This document shows positions 15,362 to 20,325 of a DNA stretch of 20,325 nucleotides, piece after piece. The first letter of the stretch is position 1. Each line of letters opens with the position of its first letter. Under the pieces are notes generated by a model. That model did no database searches and was not told where the DNA came from. It saw only the letters and a program-made list of their open reading frames with translations. The DNA lies in contig JBLIRO010000079.1 in NCBI GenBank assembly GCA_049472335.1, forward strand, positions 1-20,325, given 5' to 3'. Source of the DNA: a bacterium (GTDB taxonomy: Bacteria; SZUA-182; DTGQ01; JAFGSM01). Position numbers and translations under genes: made by a program.

Positions 15362-15419
15362 GATTTTCACAAAAAAGGATTTTTAGAAGGGCTGACCATC
15401 ATTATAGCTGTAACCCCTT

Positions 15420-15438
15420 AGCCATTTATGGCTTTTTT
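15420..15438 (+). terminator. Weak candidate intrinsic terminator after pirin
   Basis: AGCCA-TTTA-TGGCT followed by TTTTT; the stem is only 5-6 bp. Confidence 0.25.
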
Positions 15439-15488
15439 ACCAATAATTTCCTTAATGATTTCTGATGAGTTCGGAGGACAAAGGATTC

Positions 15489-16103
15489 ATGACTATTCAA
15501 AAAGCTACTAATATCACCTGGCATCATGGGGCAATTGTCAAAGAAGACCGGGAAAGATTGCTTGAACAAAAAGGCATCGTTATATGGTTTACAGGATTAT
15601 CGGGTTCCGGGAAGTCAACCCTTGCCCACGCAGTTGAGGAAAAGCTGTTCGAGACCGGCCATCTTTGCTTCGTATTGGATGGTGACAATATACGTCACGG
15701 CCTGAATAAAAACCTGGGTTTTTCCCCGGAGGACCGTGAAGAAAATATCCGGCGGATTGGAGAAGTTGCTAAGCTTTTTGCTCAAGCCGGGGTAATTGCC
15801 ATGACAGCATTTATCTCACCTTATCGGGTTGATCGGGATAAGGTTCGCACGCTCCTGGGGCCTGGTGAATTTATAGAAATTTTCGTACAGATCCCTCTCA
15901 AGATAGCGGAGGAAAGGGACCCAAAAGGCCTATACAAAAAGGCCAGGGCCGGCGAGATTAAAGATTTCACCGGTATTTCAGCTCCATACGAAGAACCTCT
16001 TAATCCTGAGCTGGTTATTGATACAAGCAAGCTGGACGTGGAACAAAGCGCTGAAAGGGTTTTATCTTATCTGAAAGAAAAGGGGATCATCAATAACCGT
16101 TAA
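15489..16103 (+). CDS. cysC: Adenylyl-sulfate (APS) kinase
   Basis: WFTGLSGSGKST P-loop, LDGDNIRHGL, DREENIRRIGEVA, FISPY, RDPKGLYKKA, FTGISAPYE. Start moved from 15465 to the ATG at 15489 because GGAGGA lies at 15473-15478. Confidence 0.96.
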   Translation: MTIQKATNITWHHGAIVKEDRERLLEQKGIVIWFTGLSGSGKSTLAHAVEEKLFETGHLCFVLDGDNIRHGLNKNLGFSPEDREENIRRIGEVAKLFAQAGVIAMTAFISPYRVDRDKVRTLLGPGEFIEIFVQIPLKIAEERDPKGLYKKARAGEIKDFTGISAPYEEPLNPELVIDTSKLDVEQSAERVLSYLKEKGIINNR

Positions 16104-16125
16104 TAAAAAAGAGGGAAACGGCATA

Positions 16126-16944
16126 GTGAATATCCTGGTTAACACCTTATTGATATTATTCTCCTTTTATCTTGTGTATTGTCTCACTATTTTCCTGTTG
16201 CAGCGACATATTATGTATCCTCGATATCTTATCAACGCTCCTGACAAAATGCCCGGAGACATGCCTGAGGTAGAACAAGTCTGGTTAAACACATCATTCG
16301 GGCAGGTCGAAGCATGGTTCTTTCCGGCTTCTTCCCCTAATCTTGCCAATCCTTCACCCGTTGTTATCTTTGCTCATGGCAATGGTGAAATCATCGACTT
16401 TTGGCCAATGGAGCTTAAAAAATTTACACAACTGGGAATAGGGCTTTTCCTTGTTGAATACCCCGGTTACGGACGCTCACAGGGAAGTCCTTCCCAAAAA
16501 ACTATCACTGAAGCCTTTATCAAGGCATATGATTACCTCATTGAACGGAATGATGTGGATGCCTCCAGGGTGATTCTTTTCGGACGTTCACTGGGCGGAG
16601 GAGCAGTATGTATGCTCGCGGCCGAGAGGACTTCCGCAGCACTCATTCTTATGTCAGCATTCACTAATGCGAGGTCCTTCGCATTTAAATTCCTTGCTCC
16701 CGGATTTATCGTTCGGGACCCGTTTGACAATCTTTCAGTTGTCAAGTCTTACAACGGTCCTGCTCTCGTTATCCATGGAAGGTATGACGATATAGTGCCC
16801 TATAAGCACGCAGTTTTACTTCATCGGGCCGCACTTAACAGTAAGATGATCACATACGAATGCAGCCATAATGATTGCCCGCCAAACTGGGACGCGTTCT
16901 GGAATGATGTGGAATCATTTCTGCGGGATTCGGGAATCATATAG
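16126..16944 (+). CDS. Membrane-anchored alpha/beta hydrolase (ABHD13/17-like serine hydrolase)
   Basis: N-terminal TM helix, HGNGE, EYPGYGRS, GRSLG nucleophile, HGRYDDIVP, SHND; GTG start after GAGGGA. Confidence 0.9.
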   Translation: MNILVNTLLILFSFYLVYCLTIFLLQRHIMYPRYLINAPDKMPGDMPEVEQVWLNTSFGQVEAWFFPASSPNLANPSPVVIFAHGNGEIIDFWPMELKKFTQLGIGLFLVEYPGYGRSQGSPSQKTITEAFIKAYDYLIERNDVDASRVILFGRSLGGGAVCMLAAERTSAALILMSAFTNARSFAFKFLAPGFIVRDPFDNLSVVKSYNGPALVIHGRYDDIVPYKHAVLLHRAALNSKMITYECSHNDCPPNWDAFWNDVESFLRDSGII

Positions 16945-16985
16945 AATTTATTAAGACAAGATTTATTTAGATTATAAGAGACCTC

Positions 16986-17013
16986 TTGAAGGCTGAAAAT
17001 TTCGTGTTATGAT
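16986..17013 (+). promoter_or_regulatory. Candidate sigma70 promoter for rubrerythrin
   Basis: TTGAAG-N16-TATGAT with extended -10 TG at 17005-17006; AAGGAGG RBS precedes the ATG at 17085. Confidence 0.35.
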
Positions 17014-17084
17014 ATATGATATATGTGTCAGTAAAAAATATTTTTCTAATTCAACAAAAAATAATAAATTAAGGAGGGCTTCCA

Positions 17085-17582
17085 ATGTCCAAAACTGAAG
17101 AATACTTGAAAGAGGCATTTGCGGGAGAATCGCAGGCCAACCGGAAATATCTGGCTTTTGCGGATAAGGCGAAAAAAGAAGGTTATACCCAGGTTGCGAG
17201 ACTTTTCACCGCGGCCGCTGAGGCTGAAACTATTCACGCCCATAATCATTTGAGGGTTTTAAAGGGCATAGGAAGCACAAAGGAGAACCTCCAAAAGGCC
17301 ATTTCCGGCGAAACCCATGAGTTCGAGTCCATGTATCCGGAGATGATTGAAGCGGCCAGGGCCGAAGGGAACAAAGAGGCGGAAAGGTCTTTTCAGTTTG
17401 CCTTTGAGGTGGAAAAGGTGCATGCCAGCTTGTACAAGAAGCTGCTCGATAATCTGCCAAATCCTCAGGAGGATCATCCCTATTTTGTATGCCCTGTATG
17501 CGGCTATACCGCTGAAAAAGAGGCCCCGGGGACATGTCCGGTCTGCGGGACAAAGGGAAGCATGTTCAAAAAAATAGAATAA
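17085..17582 (+). CDS. rbr: Rubrerythrin (ferritin-like di-iron domain plus C-terminal rubredoxin-like domain)
   Basis: AFAGESQANRKY, AETIHA, GETHE...MYP, VEKVHA, CPVCGY...CPVCG; strong RBS. Confidence 0.95.
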   Translation: MSKTEEYLKEAFAGESQANRKYLAFADKAKKEGYTQVARLFTAAAEAETIHAHNHLRVLKGIGSTKENLQKAISGETHEFESMYPEMIEAARAEGNKEAERSFQFAFEVEKVHASLYKKLLDNLPNPQEDHPYFVCPVCGYTAEKEAPGTCPVCGTKGSMFKKIE

Positions 17583-17705
17583 AATTTTGGCCTTACAAAT
17601 AAACTTTTCCGGAGTAAACAGCACAGGGGCAGTAATTACTATTTCCGACATAGAGGTAATTTCTCTGTCTACTATTCAGGATGACTGAATTTGAGGAGAA
17701 AAATC

Positions 17706-18491
17706 ATGAAAAAGACCTTTATTATATTTTTATTATTAGCGGCTCTTTTTGGGAGCGGAGCAACCCTTTCCGCTCAAGAACAAAAGGAAGATCCCAAATG
17801 GAAAACACATCTTGAATTTTCATATGTAATTACCACCGGCAATACGGATAGCTCCAACATGTCCGGAAAACTGGATATTGCCAGGGAAGAAGAAATAAAC
17901 AGATATTTTTTAAAAGGTAACGCCTTGTTCGGACAGGAAAATAATGAAGAAACGAAAAACAAATGGTCTTTAAATACCAGATGGGAAAGGATACTTACAA
18001 AGAAATTTTTTGGATTTTTGTCTGCCAACTATATCGATGACAAATTTTCCGGCTACGATTACAGAGTAGGCGGCGGACCCGGTTTAGGTTACGATGTTGT
18101 TAAGATTGAAGATCATAAGCTAAAGGGACTTATCTCATTGCTGTATTATTATGACAGGTTTTATTATGATCCGTCTTCAGGCCCGCCAGATCCCAATAGA
18201 ACAATTGAAGAAGATTATTTATCCGGCAAAGCTCAAATAGATTACACATGGAAGATTCTGGAAAATCTCACTTTTGATCAGACGATAGAATATCTGGTCT
18301 CATTTAAAGAGATTAAAGATGAAGAATACGATAAGTATTTCATCGATTCAGAAACCGCTTTAAAGGTGAAAGTAAATAAACACATCTCACTTGGTGTAAG
18401 CTATATAATCGCTTATCAAAATCTACCGCCCTCTGATGTTGAAAAACACACTGACACAACATTCTTGACCTCACTAATTATTGACTTTTAA
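17706..18491 (+). CDS. DUF481 (YdiY-like) outer-membrane beta-barrel protein
   Basis: Signal peptide ending LSA, TTGNTD, DKFSGYDYR.GGGPGLGY, DTTFLTSLIIDF with C-terminal Phe. Start moved to the ATG at 17706 because GAGGAG lies at 17693-17698. Confidence 0.88.
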   Translation: MKKTFIIFLLLAALFGSGATLSAQEQKEDPKWKTHLEFSYVITTGNTDSSNMSGKLDIAREEEINRYFLKGNALFGQENNEETKNKWSLNTRWERILTKKFFGFLSANYIDDKFSGYDYRVGGGPGLGYDVVKIEDHKLKGLISLLYYYDRFYYDPSSGPPDPNRTIEEDYLSGKAQIDYTWKILENLTFDQTIEYLVSFKEIKDEEYDKYFIDSETALKVKVNKHISLGVSYIIAYQNLPPSDVEKHTDTTFLTSLIIDF

Positions 18492-18582
18492 AAAATATGA
18501 TTTTTTCAGCTTTTTTTACCACTATTGATAATAAGGTTAATCAGCTTGAATCCTAAAATTAAAAAGAAGTAGAGGCATCACT

Positions 18583-20250
18583 ATGAAAAAGGCATTTAAA
18601 ATACTGGGGATTATTTTTGCAATCTTTATTGTTCTTGTAATAATCTCCTTGATTCTTGCCAGGATCTTCATCACACCAGAAAGGGTAAGGGCTTTAATCG
18701 TCGATCAACTGGCAAAGAACCTTAACCGGGAGGTCGAGATTCAGGACCTTTCAGTGAGTATCTTTAAAGGTGTAAGTGTGGATGGGTTCAAAGTTTCTGA
18801 ACCTATCGCATTCAAAGAAGGGACTTTTATCTCAAGCAAAAAATTTCTGCTCAGGTATAAGCTTTTGCCTCTTCTGAAGAAGCAATTATCCATCAGTACT
18901 ATTGTGCTCGAGGAACCGTACCTGAACATTATAAGAAAGCCCGACGGAAGCTTTAATTTCTCAGATCTTCTCAAGCCAGCCCCTGCCGGTAGGGAGAGAG
19001 AGCCATCGGCCCCTGAAAAAAAACAGCCTTCGAAGGTTTCCGCTTTCGGCTTGCTGGTTTCACGGGCAATTTTAAAAGATGGTGAGATTAATTTTGTCGA
19101 CTATTCTGCAGATGCCATGTCTTTTAAGGTTCACAATGTCAATTTAGATGTTTCAGGCATTTCACCGGTTTCTCCGATAGAAATAAGTTGTTCGGCAGAT
19201 CTTGAACAAAAAGAAGCCAGCGGCAATATCCAATTCAACGGGGAACTTGATTTAGATAAGGATTTACTGAGGATTGATGAGCTTTCTCCTTCCTATCAGA
19301 ACATATCCTTGGTAATCAAGGGCCAAATTGAAAATTTAAGAGAACAGCCAAAACTGGATATCACTTTGCAGGACAGGAAAATAAACGCGGAGGACATCTC
19401 CAGGGTATTTTCTCTGCCGGAAGGTGTGGAACTGAGGGGCAGTTTCCGCTTCAAAACGGATATTTCCGGTTCAATGGATAATATGCTTATCAAGACAGAT
19501 GCTGATATGGAGGACATATCAGTAAGATACGGGGACACCTTTGAGAAAAAAAAGGGGGAAAAATGCGGTCTTAAATTCGAGACAGAGTTTAAGGATACTG
19601 AGAGTCTGGATTTGAAACAGTCTTCGGTTTATCTGGAAGATTACAAGATATCAACCTCCGGAAAGGTAAAGGGGATCAAGACGCAACCCCTCACAATTGA
19701 TATAACCATCCAGACGAAAGAATCAGACTTAAAGGACCTGGCAGGATTCCTGCCTGCTTTAAAAGATATAAACCTCTCCGGCAAGCTTGGGGCCCTTATT
19801 GATATAAATGGAGCGCCTGCCGGAAAATTAAATTTTAACGGTGAGATGGTCCTCGATGATATAAATTTCATTTTCGAGAACAATGAGATAAGGTCACTGA
19901 AAGCTCATAAAATAAAATTTTCTAATACCAACCTTAATGTCCCTGAAATGAAAGGTATCTGGAATGAAGCGGAATTTCTCTTGTCCTGCAAGGCTAATGA
20001 ATTTACTTTGCAAAAATTTACATCTCCTCATTTATCATTTGATTTTAGATTATCCAAACTTGATATAAACAAAATCTTTTTACCATTGGCTCCTCCTCAG
20101 GAAGAAGAAAAAAAGGAAGGGGCGGCTACTCCGAAACCATCTCAAGCATCCCCAATGCTGGACGAGATAATCAAGGGTATCAAGGTTGACGGCGGCTTAA
20201 AGATTGACCAAATCATTTACCGGGATTTCAAATGCTTGGAGAATTTATGA
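18583..20250 (+). CDS. AsmA-family protein, apparently C-terminally truncated or split
   Basis: N-terminal TM anchor, LNREVEI, LLPLLKKQLSI..IVLEEP.LNIIRKPDGSFNFSDL, then beta-rich repeats; stops abruptly after KIDQIIYRDFK. Confidence 0.85.
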   Translation: MKKAFKILGIIFAIFIVLVIISLILARIFITPERVRALIVDQLAKNLNREVEIQDLSVSIFKGVSVDGFKVSEPIAFKEGTFISSKKFLLRYKLLPLLKKQLSISTIVLEEPYLNIIRKPDGSFNFSDLLKPAPAGREREPSAPEKKQPSKVSAFGLLVSRAILKDGEINFVDYSADAMSFKVHNVNLDVSGISPVSPIEISCSADLEQKEASGNIQFNGELDLDKDLLRIDELSPSYQNISLVIKGQIENLREQPKLDITLQDRKINAEDISRVFSLPEGVELRGSFRFKTDISGSMDNMLIKTDADMEDISVRYGDTFEKKKGEKCGLKFETEFKDTESLDLKQSSVYLEDYKISTSGKVKGIKTQPLTIDITIQTKESDLKDLAGFLPALKDINLSGKLGALIDINGAPAGKLNFNGEMVLDDINFIFENNEIRSLKAHKIKFSNTNLNVPEMKGIWNEAEFLLSCKANEFTLQKFTSPHLSFDFRLSKLDINKIFLPLAPPQEEEKKEGAATPKPSQASPMLDEIIKGIKVDGGLKIDQIIYRDFKCLENL

Positions 20251-20325
20251 CCATATTGGGAAAACAACAACCCGAAGCCCTGTTTTTTTCGGAATTGAAG
20301 GGACATTATAAGTTAAAGGACAAAA
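20232..20325 (+). CDS. Partial ORF running off the window, possibly the AsmA C-terminal portion in a shifted frame
   Basis: MLGEFMTILGKQQPEALFFSELKGHYKLKDK is open to the edge. An alternative start at ATG 20247 overlaps the asmA stop (ATGA), with GGAG 5 nt upstream. Confidence 0.5.
   Translation, partial: MLGEFMTILGKQQPEALFFSELKGHYKLKDK

Noticed and set aside
15387..15419. Imperfect inverted repeat AAGGG...CCCTT as an integrative-element attachment-site hairpin
   Set aside because: Pairing is poor, and no tRNA fragment or integrase is nearby.
17629..17690. Short palindromes (AGTAATTACT; ATTCAG-N5-CTGAAT) as a Fur/PerR-type operator or terminator
   Set aside because: Too short, no U-tract, and I cannot match them confidently to a known operator.
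12182..19883. Antisense or alternate-frame ORFs over the kinase, MBL, pirin, cysC, rbr, DUF481 and asmA genes
   Set aside because: They overlap well-supported genes and have no independent evidence.

Overview
Bacterial window, Gram-negative and Desulfobacterota/deltaproteobacterium-like by gene content (inference). The left half holds one 10.7-kb minus-strand gene (553-11226, 3557 aa). Its parts in order: long export leader, PKD-like domain, prenyltransferase/squalene-cyclase-like alpha/alpha barrel, PKD and Fn3-like domains, nine cadherin/He_PIG-like Ig repeats (eight in an exact 273-bp array), DUF6531-like segment, YD/RHS shell, RHS core with DPTG autocleavage motif, and a 237-aa hydrophobic C-terminal domain I do not recognise. 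No intact immunity ORF follows. Downstream (1-316) is a cluster of co-oriented GTCCCC-core repeats; upstream is a decayed DUF772-type transposase fragment that the ORF track misses. The right half is a plus-strand run of unrelated genes: GlpK-like FGGY kinase, receiver-MBL hydrolase fusion, pirin, cysC, alpha/beta hydrolase, rubrerythrin, DUF481 beta-barrel, and an AsmA-family gene that looks truncated or split at the window edge. No rRNA, tRNA or CRISPR array was seen. Family assignments come from motif recognition by eye, not from searches.
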